Positions 27,727 to 46,929 of a DNA stretch of 64,000 nucleotides are shown one piece after another. The stretch is from Tubulanus polymorphus (lineage: Eukaryota > Animalia > Nemertea). The DNA lies in assembly GCF_964204645.1 (NCBI RefSeq), contig NC_134028.1:11019063-11083062 (forward strand), in the 5' to 3' direction. The position numbers and the translations under genes were made by a program. The notes under the pieces were generated by a model. That model made no database searches and was not told the origin of the DNA. It was given only the letters and a program-made list of their open reading frames with translations. Every line of letters begins with the position of its first letter. The first letter of the stretch is position 1.

Positions 27727-29147
27727 CAAAAATATCGTCGTTACCTAGAGAACAATCAGAGACTACTGTCTGACTGGTGGCGCACTCTATTTGTCTTCAT
27801 CGTCATTAAACATTTATCGTGCATCATAAATCACTACGTTTATTTTAAACATGAACCCGATGTAGCGTAGATTGATTTATTCATTCATTCATTCATTCAT
27901 TCATTATTCATTGAAATAGCACAAAAAAACGTCTAAATTTACTGTAAATAAATTATAAATATTATTATTATTATTGATTAATTAATTCTATGTATTTAAA
28001 ATAAGGGAATCCTTTTTAAATATGTCTTAGAAAGCGACTAATCGCTCGGTCTCTCTCTCTTCCCTCTCTCTCTGCCGCCCGCCCCCCTCCCAAAATTCAT
28101 TTCAACTTTTAAACTCGAAATACGCAGTATTGTTAGTGTAACTATAGCAACGAACTGCGTAGATACAACGCGTAGTCATAGTGATTTTTCTCGCACTTAT
28201 TGTTGTTTAATCGTTCGTTGTCCCCGACGACCTAACTATGACTAATATCGGTGTGTTGTTTATGAATGTTTTTATTGTTGGGGTGTGTTTCTCGGTCGAC
28301 CCCGCCCGCGAGCGTATTGTCGGGGTCATTGCCCGGCCTGGGAGCGTTCAATACAGAGGTTTATTTGAATTGATTATTTGATGTGAACTGTGAAGGGGTC
28401 ACGTGTACTCTATCTGTATAAACTTATATATCTATATGTGTTTAGTGTGTTTTACTGGGCCTCGATATTTCCTATGTATTTGTATGTAAAACGAGAGGTC
28501 GTCTTCGTCGTTGTATCCTCAGTTTTTAACGTTGTCCGCTAGTTTTCAGTCGGATTATGTTTGGATCATGTGTTTCTAATTTTTCGCTGTTTTCTGATCA
28601 ATATTTCGTGTGTTTCAAATACTTATAGCTTTGTTTTATAGTTTTGATTTTTGTCGCCAGGGGTCGCCGTATAATTCAGGGTTTCATTTTAAACATCGAC
28701 CAATCAAAGCGTAGTACAAATTGTCAATTCAGTTTTATCCCAGTAGATGGCGCCGCGGTTGTGGAGCTTTTATGTAAATTTACTGACGAGATACTTGGTT
28801 ACTCCGGATGGTTTCTAGGCAACTGGTTGTTACGGATATTGTTTCCGGGGTAACTGTAATTGGTTGCCGGGGAATGTCACTTACTAATTTATTGTAAATA
28901 TAGATTTATCAAAAGACGCTTTGTTTGAAATATTTCGAGTGTTTAAACAGCAGCAGCCGTATCTGGGCCGTTGGGCATCGGGGCCCCGGCCCGCGCTTGT
29001 ATGTAGGACATCACTTCAACAGTTATATATAGAGATACATGTTATATGCAAACAATTTTAAAAACAACACGAAATAAATAAAGTATATTAATTAACTATT
29101 AATTATTAACTTTTTTATCACAATTGTTTTATTTGTGAGGAGAGGAA

Positions 29148-29520
29148 CAGGATATCGGCCATTCATAGTCCGCTAGGTGTAGTCCAGGATATCGGCCATT
29201 CATAGTCCGCTAGGTGTAGTCCAGGATATCGGCCATTCATAGTCCGCTAGGTGTAGTCCAGGATATCGGCCATTCATAGTCCGCTTGCTGTAGTCCAGGA
29301 TATCGGCCATTCATAGTCCGCTAGGTGTAGTCCAGGATATCGGCCATTCATAGTCCGCTAGGTGTAGTCCAGGATATCGGCCATTCATAGTCCGCTAGGT
29401 GTAGTCCAGGATATCGGCCATTCATAGTCCGCTAGCTGTAGTCCAGGATATCGGCCATTCATAGTCCGCTAGCTGTAGTCCAGGATATCGGCCATTCATA
29501 GTCCGCTAGCTGTAGGATAT
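29148..29520. repeat. 37-bp minisatellite, about 10 copies, between the convergent ZFAND and SMAD4 3' ends
   Basis: Unit CAGGATATCGGCCATTCATAGTCCGCTAGSTGTAGTC. Confidence 0.95.
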
Positions 29521-30551
29521 CAGCTATACAGTCCTAGGAGCTGCCGTCAGGTAAGGAACGCAGACTGTGTTTGTTGTTGATGATGATGAATCCCTATAGA
29601 TGGAGCTGCTGTCAGGTAAGGAACGCAGACTGTGTTTGTTGTTGATGATGATGAGTTCCATTTATTAATAACAAAGTTTTATACAGAAACAAAGAGAGAT
29701 ATTACAACATATTTATCATAACCCTTCCTTCCCTAGCCCTCCCCCCTCCCTCCCTCTCTATCCAACTCCCCCCTCCCTCCCTCTCTATCCAACTCCCCCC
29801 TCCCTCCCTCTCTATCCAACTCCCCCCTCCCTCCCTCTCTATCCAACTCCCCCTGCTCCCCTTCCAATACCAATACCTTCTGATAATGTATCATATGAAC
29901 ATACTGTCAGGGACCGAATAATAATTAAAATACATCAATAATTTTCACTACAAAACAGCAGTATTGAGAAATCTTACAACACGAGAGAGACTACCACCGC
30001 CCCCTGGTGGTTACAATGTATACTACTAATAGAGGGCAGTGTAATCACTTATTATGTCTGTTTTATACCAATACATTCTCAATTACCGGGGTAGGATTTA
30101 ATTAGTACAGAAACCAAACCAGCGGGGCACTGGCCCTCGCAATCTAGGATTGATACTGACCCTGGCAATCTAGGATTGATACTGACCCTGGCAATCTAGG
30201 ATTGATACTGACCCTGGCAATCAAGGATTGACACCTACCCTGGCAATCAAGGATTTATAGGAATCGCTCATAAAAACCAAACCTTTAATATACAAAATAT
30301 TTACAATAAACGGTTGATTATTTATCATGATCTATTTTTAGCTACAGTTAAAAATTTACAAATTGATGAGAATGAGACAAATGGTAAGTATGACGATGAT
30401 CACTAGAGGGCGTTGTTAACACCGATGATCGAACGATTACAATTTAAAACATGATTTTACATTGTTGTCTGTCGTCCTAACGACGACATCACCATTCATT
30501 TTAAATTTGGCAGGAAGAATTTCATAACAACGATAGTAGCGCCACCTGGTG

Positions 30552-33874
<3,323 letters not shown>

Positions 33875-34564
33875 TTAACGGCTGTTTATTGATCTGAAAA
33901 TTATCGTCGTTTCATAATTGATTGAGAATCTAAAATATAAAACAAGAGAGCGGTTGAAACACAGACTAACCACAAACAACAACTCAACAGCAGGACGAGA
34001 ATTTACTGAAAATCTCGTAATTTATTCGTCTCAAATACAAATAAAATACTGTAATTATTAACTATGAATGTCGCACGCACCTCAGTTTATCGGATTAACT
34101 CGATAATCCGCCGATAATCTCAATACTCCGCGTAAAATTACGATTTCCGGGAAAAAAAATTACTCACTGACCGCCATTTTGTTTTTCCCTTTACGAATTC
34201 AGTTCAATTGAAATTTTATTCACCTATCAAAAATATGACTACTGAAAATAAGGTGTGTTCAAAATAAATTGTTTTACTGAAAAATAATTATATTTCAATC
34301 AAACAGTGATTTACTAAAAATGTTCTAATAAAGTGATATTTAAATTGATTTTTTTGCAGGTCTCTATTTTAAAATATTTTGAAATACTCTTCTTAAAATC
34401 GAACTTATAAAAAAAATTATTTCTTTTACGATCTTGATAATTCATTAAAAAATAAATATATACAGAAGTATATTTAATTGTCGGATCATTGAAATGTTAT
34501 AAATCGAATATCAGTTTATTGATCTCGTTTAGACCTGCAGTAGAATAGAGTAATAGAAGTGAAA

Positions 34565-35635
34565 ATGAGTTATCAAATTTACAGAAATACGACTTTAGGT
34601 CACACTTTACAGGAAAGTCTCGATGAATTAATTCAGGTAAAAACTACATTCTTTTCATTCAAACGAACGATTTTAATAAATATTGCGCGATTTTCACGTG
34701 AAACCCATGAATTTATCCACTGTTTGTAGTTTCTCGATGTTCTGCCAGGAGTCGCCAGGTGATGGTGTATTTTGTTTTTTTTTTCAGTGCGGACAAATAA
34801 CGCCACAATTGGCTTTAAAAGTTTTGCTACAGTTTGATAAAGCGATAAATACAGCTTTAGCTTCACGCGTCAAAAGTAGAGTCAACTTTAAGGTAAATAA
34901 AGGGAATTGATGGATGCTCCTTATGGGCTCGGACAGTTCCTCCTCCTCCAGACTGACAACAGATCCTCCTCCAGACAGAGACAGATCCTCCTCCACACAG
35001 TGACAGATCCTCCTCCACACAGTTACAGATCCTCCTCCAGCTCCAGACAGTGTCAGATCCTCCCCCTGATAGTGACAGTTTCTCCAATTAGTTGATATTT
35101 CTGTTTATATATTTTCTTCAGGGTAAATTGAATACGTATCGATTTTGTGATAACGTTTGGACGTTCGTTTTACAAAATGTCGAATTTCGAGAAGTGAATG
35201 AGATTTGTACAGTTGACAAGGTGAAGATTGTAGCCTGCGATGGCAAAGGTTTGTATTTCATACCAAACAGTCGACAACATGGCTCTGGGGCACCGAGGAA
35301 ATCTTTGTCAACAAGAATTGGAAAATTTGAATATTTTTGGCAATGTAGAGTACTCGAGGCAATCACGCCATCTACTGGTATTAAACAGAACTATCATGGG
35401 CAAAATAATCCTAGCTTAGATATCTACCAGTTATTTCAATGGCAATGGTTTCTCATTGTTACTGCGATGATGGTCGTCACTCAGAATGAGGATTTACCCC
35501 TAGGGATAACTACTGAGTCTATAAAACCAGGTTTGTGCCCAGGATGATGTACAGGGCCCGGGATGATGTACGACGGGGTTGAAGGTTAATCGTGTGTCAC
35601 GTATTGTATTTTTAGGTTCAGCTCACGTTGATTGA
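34565..35635 (+). CDS. GTF2A2: TFIIA gamma subunit
   Basis: Four exons: [24 protein letters not shown] / [21 protein letters not shown].. / [29 protein letters not shown] / GSAHVD*. Divergent from SMAD4. Confidence 0.95.
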
Positions 35636-35970
35636 ATCCGATCAGTTACAACACAACGGTGCAAACTGGAAACATGCTAGTAGTGACACCTAGTGGAGAG
35701 AATGACTTCTAATACCAACGGACGATTATGCATTTAATACTCTCACTAGGTGGCGTTGCTCGATATGTAATTATCAAACAGAAGACAATTTAAATTTCTG
35801 ACGAAGAATAATTATTTATTTATTGAGTGTAAAATTAACAGAAAATATAAAATCTATTATCATAATAATTAATTGTATCACAGTTAATTATTCGTTTGAT
35901 TGAAGCGCCATCTGTTTTCACATAGAGACATCACGCTGCGTCCGGTTGATTGAAGCGCCCTCTATTGACT

Positions 35971-38725
<2,755 letters not shown>

Positions 38726-40161
38726 CTAAAAAATATAAATGTTTCATTAATATTTGTGTAAATAGTGATTTATTTAGCTGAGAATTGAATTGTACCTTTT
38801 GTCTGTTCTAAGCTACCGACATCAAGTGGAATCTTTTTTGTAACTCGTGACGTTGTCGACTGATAAGAGTTCACTCACTGTTGATCTCATGACTGAAACC
38901 TCGGTATGATTATTTTTTCAGCATGTGATCCGCGTTTGTCTAGTCCTATCTGACCCACTAACATCAAACCTTCAAACACTTTGTTTGTGTTTATTTGGAT
39001 TCAGATACTTGGAAAAAATCTTTGACATTTTCAAATCTCATGAAAAGTATTTATTTTCTTCCCCAGGTAGTTAATAAGCCCAAATATTCCCGCAGGCCCT
39101 TATTTTGACATTTTATCACCCGGCGTCAGCCCGCCTTACGAATGTCTTAGACGGTGCTGCCATCTTCGTCTTGAACAGTGTAGTGCAAAACCGCTATCGA
39201 TCTGTCAGTATTAATAGTTAAAAATCCCGATAAAATACGTTTATGAACCGAAATAGAATTTAGAAATTATCAGACTTTACTTCTTTGAAAGATTTACCGC
39301 GTAAAATGGATGAAATATTACGAAATATTTATATTCAATATGAGGATGTGGAAGGAAGTGTGGAGCGTTTTGTCACACTCTGTTCTGTACTGTCATATCG
39401 ATAGGATCGAATTCTAGGTAAATCAATGATTTTTTACGATTTTTTAAAACCGAAACGTGTTAGAAATATCACTCAGAGACTAAACTATCGACTCGACTGA
39501 ATGTGATGTGGCGATTGATGCACGAATCAAACTAAATCAGGCTGTAAAATTAGATAAATGAAGTGCGATGGGGTAGTCTGTGTAACAACTGTTTAGAATC
39601 GAGTATTTTATACAGTGTCTATTCTCTCGTATTGATTTGATTAATAGTGAAAACAGCTGTTGCTAGTATTGATTTATTGAATTAATGGAAATCGGATCGA
39701 GATTTAGAATTATGAGTTTTATACAGTGGATATAGCTATATGACAGGTGCAGCGGACTAGTCTCTCACTCTCACTCTCCGTGCGGCCGCAGGTGATAAAC
39801 ATGTTTATTGAAATCTCATCCAATCTGTGACCGACATCCTCAACCATGTGTTATATAGATTTTCATTGTAAATCTGATCCATTCTATTTTATAATGATAT
39901 TCGGGGGATGAAGTAACATTATTTCTACAATAAGCTACTGGCTGATTGATTGTATAATAAATATTGTAATCAAATAAATTTGAGCTGAACCCCCTCTCAT
40001 CCCCTCCCCCTCTCCCCCTTCCTGCTGGATTATTGATTAATGGTGACTGTACAAATGGATAAATAACTTCACAAATCAATAATTTGCAGTTTGATAAAGT
40101 GTGTATTGTGTGTGTGGAGGACAATATATTATTGCCAGCAGACATTGTAACTGTATTAGAT

Positions 40162-40310
40162 CCCTGGGGCCCCCATCACTGTTACCCGAGGCCCTGTCAC
40201 TGTAGAACCCTGGGGCCCCCATCACTGTTACCCGAGGCCCTGTCACTGTAGAACCCTGGGGCCCCCATCACTGTTACCTGAGGCCCTGCCCTGTCACTGT
40301 AGAACCCTCT
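40162..40310. repeat. About 46-bp tandem repeat, 3 copies, in the MGAT1 5' intron
   Basis: Units of CCCTGGGGCCCCCATCACTGTTACCYGAGGCCCTGTCACTGTAGAA. Confidence 0.85.
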
Positions 40311-40829
40311 GGCCCATTTTTCAAGTCAGAATATTTTCAGATTAAGATTTTTTGAGTGGATATTTTACTGTATACAGTCGGATGTGATGAAGTGATATTG
40401 TATCTGTGTGATGTGGATTATTAGTTTTTATTGCACGGAGCAGAATTTAATATCGTTACAACTTTATGAAGTATGTAGTTACTCAGTGACATGTTGGTAT
40501 TATTGATTACTAGCGCGGCATACTGAGACTAATATCAGACAGACAGAGACCGGTTACAATAAACATCTGTCTATAGTTTAAACATTACTTCATTATGGAA
40601 CTAACTGTTGAAAAGACAGCAGCGGCAGCAGCGGATAGGGGCTGGTGTCGATTCTGTTGCTCGTGGAGATACAGGTATCAGCTCCTCGCGTGAACCTTCT
40701 GTAACAGATGTCCACATTAAACTGATTTCATTTTTATTTATCTCTACATTTTTATGTTTTCGACAATAAATAATTCTAAATGTGTTTTTATTTTTCAGAC
40801 AGAGATATGACTGTTATTTATGTCGTGAA

Positions 40830-43800
40830 ATGCCAAGAATATTGAAATTATATTTACGAAGATGTAAAATTCCATTGATAATCTTCTTGGTGTTTGTGAT
40901 ATGGAACCTGTTGTCGTATTATGTGATAATTACGTCGAGACCTCCTGATATGGTAGGTTTTTCATTTTCTTGATAAAATATCATCTTGAAATACTTGACA
41001 ATCTTTAGAAAATACTGGATAATCCCTTAGAAAAATAATAGATAATTCCTTAGAAATATAATCCCTATGATATATGCTGGATTATACCCTAGAAATACAC
41101 AGGATAATCCCTTAGAAAATGCCGGATTATCCTTTAGAAATGTATGGAATAATCCTTTTGGAAAATATGATAGATAATCCCTCAGAAATATATAGGATAA
41201 TCCCTCAGAAATATATATAATAATCCCTCGGAATCTGACTGTATCTCGTAACATAAAATGTTGGCTTTAAGTTATTGAAATGATGATGATTAAAATGACT
41301 CCTATGAGAGAGTGTAACTCTCCCCTGAACCCCCACATGGAGGATAATCAGTCTGGTTAATTAGATTTCTTGTCAATGATTAGAGGGAGGGAGGGGGAGG
41401 GGGAGAGGGATTGGTTGGTATATGTTTAGTGATTGTATAAACTATATTAATTTAGGGTAGAGCTGCACCGGGTTCTCCTCCGAGTCATCAACGCAAACTG
41501 AAAGATTTCAATAAACAACTGTTAATTCTACAAACTAAATTAAAACGTCAACTCGATGAACACGAGATTTTATTAACGAATCTTCAAAGACAAAGATTAT
41601 TCATTGAATCTCGTCTCATTCAACATACAGCACTATTACGTAAGAGATAACTCACTCGCCGCAGCAGCCTCACTCACTCGCCGCAGCAGCCTCTAGTCTT
41701 AGTGTAGCTTTAACAGAGTTTTACTTGTTTTCTATTATTGTTGTTTGTTTCACAGTTGACAGAATTGAGATGCTGCAAATTTTGTTTAGTTTGTTTGAGC
41801 ATGTTTTTGAGCTGTGCATGCGACCCACTGGGGGTTCCACTCTGCGTGTTCCACTCTGCGTGTTCCACTCTGCGTGTTCCACTCGTATCCACGCTTGTTC
41901 TGTTCTACTTCGTTCTTCATCGAGAGTTGATTCTTTTTTTCGTAGATTGACTCGTCGTCCAATCAGGTTAAAGACGTTGAAACTCGTAAATTGTTACGAA
42001 TGCGACTTCAGAAATTAGAGTCAGACTTAAAATTGCAAGTAGCTGAAAATCGAGATTTATTGTCGAAATTACAAAAATATCGAGAAAATGTATTTAAATT
42101 TACGAGAGGTAAGTGTCACTAGCTATATACAGCATGTAAAGAGTGTTTGAACACCTGTCTTATATTATCTGCACACCTGCACACCTGCATGATGCTTGTT
42201 GTTAAACTGTTCAAATTAATTTCCGTCCTTTCTCCGAAATAAACTTGTTTTTCATTTAACGATTGAAATGTCGATGATCGTGAATTTTTGTGTCTCATTT
42301 TACATTCATAGTGAATTCAGATAAAAAGAACAATTCAGCTGCAGCTGCAGCTGCAGCGGGAGTAGGAGGAGCTATAGGAGTAGGAGCTGTCAATCATCCG
42401 TTACCGGGATTATCATCCGATCAATTACGCCTACTAGAACACGATTCTAAATTAGATCCACACAAGGTGGCGCTACCGGTACTGGTTATAGCCTGCAATC
42501 GTTTGACCGTTAAACGCAATTTAGAACAATTAATCAAGTGAGTAACAATCATCGTCATAGTAACCAGCTCTGTTTGTGTAACTATAGTAACGCGCGTGTT
42601 ATTGTTGTAGATACCGTCCATCTGCTGAGCGATTTCCGATAATAGTTTCACAAGATTGTGGACATCGACCGACTGCTGACGCTATACAATCATTCGCAGA
42701 TAAAGTTACTCATATACAGGTATAGTACCCCTCCCCCCACTCCCCTCCGCTGCTGTCAGCTCCCCACTCCCCTCTCCCCCATAAAATATAACGGTTCATA
42801 TTTTATTTTCAGCATCCAGATTTGTCTTCGATACCGTTACCGTGGAAACAACGAAAATTTCAGGACTATTACAAGATATCTCGTCACTATAAATGGGCAA
42901 TCAGCCAAATATTTCATCGGTTTAATCATTCAGCTGTGATTATAGTGGAAGGTAAGTCAGTCAGTCCTCACAGTCAGTTACTCACAGTCCTTATACAGTC
43001 AGTCCTCACAGTCAGTTACTCACAGACCTTATACAGTCAGTCCTCACAGTCAGTTACTCACAGACCTTATACAGTCAGTCCTCACAGTCAGTTCTCAGTA
43101 GTTATTAATTAATATTAATTACTGTATGATTTATTTATAGATGATTTAGACGTTTCTCCAGATTTTTTCGAGTATTTTGCTTCAACATATCCGATATTGC
43201 ACACAGACCCCACGCTGTGGTGCGTATCAGCGTGGAATGATAACGGAAAGGGTGGATTTGTATCTAAAGACGCAGGTCTGTATTCCACGTAGACAGTTCA
43301 TTCATTTTACACAACGTGTCTAGATTAACGCTAGATATCTCTCTATTTTACAGAGTTGTTGTATAGAACTGATTTTTTCCCGGGTCTCGGTTGGATGTTG
43401 AAGCGTCAATTATGGGCTGAATTGGAACCGAAATGGCCAAAAACGTAAGTGAAATCATTATTGGGCACCAGGGGGCTCCAGGCTGTAGTGTATGATTTAT
43501 AGATATGTATATATTTGTTGTAGGTTTTGGGATGATTGGATGAGACACCCGGATCAGCGCCGTGAAAGAGCTTGTATTAGACCTGAAATAAGTCGAACTA
43601 CAACGTTCGGTAAAATAGGTGCAAGCAAGTGAGTCTTCTTCTTCACCAGCCAGTGTCTCCTCACCTGCCAGTGCCTCCTCTTTCCTAGCCTGCCAGTGCC
43701 TCCTCTCTCCTCACCTGCCAGTGCCTCCTCTCCTCCTCACCCGCCAGTGTCTCCTCTCTCCTCACCTGCCAGTGTCTCCTCTCCTCACCTGCCAGTGCCT

Positions 43801-44614
43801 CCTCTCCCGCCAGTTTCTCCTCTCTCCTCACCCGCCAGTGTCTACTATCTCCTCACCTGCCAGTGTCTCCTCTGTCCTCACCTGCCAGTGCCTACTCTCC
43901 TGTTTTATGATGTATTGATGTTTTATTTTCAGGGGACAGTTTTATGAAAAGCATTTAAAGTTTATTAAACTAAATACACAATTTGTGCCTTTTACGAAGA
44001 AGGATTTATCTTATCTCAAAAAGGTCAGTGAGGTCGGAGATTAAGGTTTAGATTTAGAAGGGTTTACAGTTAACTGTAATGATGATCAATTGTTTATTTT
44101 GAACAGGATGTTTATGATGCACAATTCGTCAATGAAGTTTACAGCTCTAGTTTATTAACAGTCGATGCAGTTATAGCGAATAATATTCCAGAAACGGCTA
44201 AAACAGTTCGAGTTGAATATACTAAACGTACTCAATTTAAAAATACTGCCAAACGTCTCGGTTTAATGGATGATTTAAAGGTAAATTTTAATTCATCCCT
44301 GATTCTCAATTGAGTTCAGACCTCAGCTGTAAGGAGTTACTCCTTACAGCTGAGGTCTCAACTCGATACAGCTGAGGTCTCAACTCGATACAGCTGAGGT
44401 CTCAACTCGACCCTGAGGTGTCAACTCGATACAGCTGAGGTCTCAACTCGATACAGCTCTAAACTGTAATAATTATAAAAATTTGTTTTAAATATTTCAG
44501 TCTGGTGTACCTCGAGCTGGTTACCGCGGAGTCGTTAGTTTTATGCGCAACAATAAACGTATATTTCTGTCTCCGCCGCCGGCGTGGAACGGATACGACG
44601 TCACCTGGAATTAA
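40830..44614 (+). CDS. MGAT1: Alpha-1,3-mannosyl-glycoprotein 2-beta-N-acetylglucosaminyltransferase (GnT-I, GT13)
   Basis: Type II membrane N-terminus. Motifs [33 protein letters not shown] ([17 protein letters not shown]), [28 protein letters not shown] and [11 protein letters not shown]. Stop at 44612-44614. Confidence 0.95.
43640..43900. repeat. TCCTCACCTGCCAGTG-based minisatellite in an MGAT1 intron
   Basis: Directly visible variable tandem array. Confidence 0.85.
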
Positions 44615-45649
44615 AACTATCCTCCTCCGGTGTTGAACGGATACGACGTCACCTGGAATTAAAACTATCAACGACACTTGATGCAATATTTAAATACATT
44701 TTATTCACTACTAAATATTTGTATGGAATGAGAGGAATCTCATTACATCAGGAGGACTGCTCCATCAGCCGCAAACATGGTGGACTGCTCCATCAGCCGC
44801 AAACATGGTGGACTGCTCCATCAGCCGCAAACATGGAGAACTGCTGCTGTCTGTTATACCAGGAGGATGGCTCCACTAGCTGCGTTTGTTTAACTGAATG
44901 GATGGCTCCATCAGCCATGCCCGTTACATCGAAAATAATCTGAAATCGTATATGAAAATCTAGATCAAATTATCATAAAATAACAACGGGTTTAATTTTA
45001 CAGAATGATTTATTGAAGTGTTTTATCAGTAAAGAATTGGGAGAGGGTTTTCAGGGTTATCCATGAATATTAGGGTAAAAGGGAAGTTTAATTTACATTC
45101 AGAACAAATAAGTCAACTAGAGTCAATGATATTTATCCTATTATTATAATTATTATTATTTGTAAATGAAAATGAATGAAAATTTATAAAATAAATGTGT
45201 TGATAATTTATCAAAATTCCAATAGTTTTTACTGATGATTGAAGTTAGATTGACGGGATACTGGATAGTTGTGACAAACATGAGACAAAGAATTGAGGTA
45301 TAATTTCTCCAAAGTGGTTGTTTGAGGAATGCTCCAGGACAGCAGCAGACCCAAGTACTAGGATACAGACAGGGTTAGGGATACTCCATACTGATACTAG
45401 GACTATAATATTCTGTGCGTTGACCTAGTTATAGACTAAAGAGTATTATTTGATAGAATTGTTAACAATCAGGAAGTTGAACACATCACTGGTACTAATG
45501 TAGATCCCACTGGTATGTATAGAGCCTGCAACTAGTGACGACTGACACAGGTAAAATCTGTAAATAATTCTCATCTTAAACGTGTGTTAAAACAATGTTT
45601 AAAAATAACGTGAAACGGATTCTGCTTATATTTAAGGTGATTTTGAAGC

Positions 45650-46480
45650 GCCTAAGGAAGTGTTAGGGTACCCCCCAAAATGAGGTCAGGGGTCAAAACA
45701 TTTTTGTCTCTGATTTCGATGAAATTTAGTGTAGACATGTATTCTGGGGTGCTGATCACAAATCTGGAAAAAATTTTCGGATCCGAGGCCCCAAAAATGA
45801 GAAATTCGAATTCTTAGGGGTACCCCCTAAATTTTCAAAAGGCCCTGGGCCCCAGAGTTTTCGAGATATTCGAAATCTGATTGCAGATTTGGAATCAGCA
45901 CCCTTGAAAATAGTAAGGACTAAAATTTTAAGCAAATCGAAGAGATTCGATTTTTTGGCCAAAAACGGCAAAAATCTAAGGTGTTAGTCCAGGAGTTTTT
46001 TTTGGGCGAAAAATTTTTTTTCTCTGATTCCTTCGAAACTTTGTAGGAAGATGTATTCTGTGGTGTAGATTCCGGATCTGTAATCAGATTTTGAATCGGA
46101 ATTCATCTTCATGGGCAAATAAGGGTTTTAATGCCCAAAATATGCACCCCAAAAATGGGGTACAAAGTCAAAATTTTTTTTTTGCCCAATCTTAATCAAA
46201 TTTACTAGAGACATGTTTATTGGGGTGCTGATCACGAATATGAAGTTAGTTTGTGGATCCGAGGCCCAAAAAATGAGAAATTCGAATTTTTTGGGGGGAC
46301 CCCCTAGATTTTCAAAAGGCCTTCGACCCCAGATCTTTCGAGATATTTAAAATCTGATTGCAGATTTGCAATCCGCATCCCTGAAAATAGTAAGGACTAA
46401 AATTTCAAGCAAATCGAAGGGATTCGATTTTTTTGCCAAAAATTGCAAAAATCTAAGAAAATTAGTTTTTGGATTGAAGT
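45650..46480. mobile_element. Interspersed repeat with an internal direct duplication of about 300 bp (offset about 476 bp), probably derived from a DNA transposon
   Basis: 45675-45980 resembles 46150-46460 (GGGGTGCTGATCAC..ATCCGAGGCCC..AAATCTGATTGCAGATTT..AGTAAGGACTAAAAT). No convincing ORF, TIR or TSD was found. Confidence 0.55.
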
Positions 46481-46929
46481 GCAAAACAAGAGAAATCCAG
46501 GATCTTATGTTTTTAGCCCCTTCAAATTGACCTGTTGATGTCTTTTTTACAGCTGATATGAAATATTAAATCAATTTTTAGATAGAAATTGATCAATTAA
46601 CTAAAACCCCATTAATTCTAGTAACTATCACATGGTTTCAGACATCTACAAACATCTCTTTTCTCAAGAAGAAATTCAGTTATAACCACGCACACAATTA
46701 CTCAATGTATTAATGCTCGTATCTGTATCAAATACAATCAATGATGCTAATAATTCCTAGTCACATTTTGTAAATTAAATTAATATTCAATTGTTGATGA
46801 TCTTATTGATTTGTGTTTAAAGTCATAATTCAGTCAGAAGAATTCTAGTCTAGCTCAGTCTCAGTTAGTGCACTATCGCAGCAAATTTACCCGAATTAAC
46901 TTTGTTTATAATTACAGGGGTTTTCAAAG

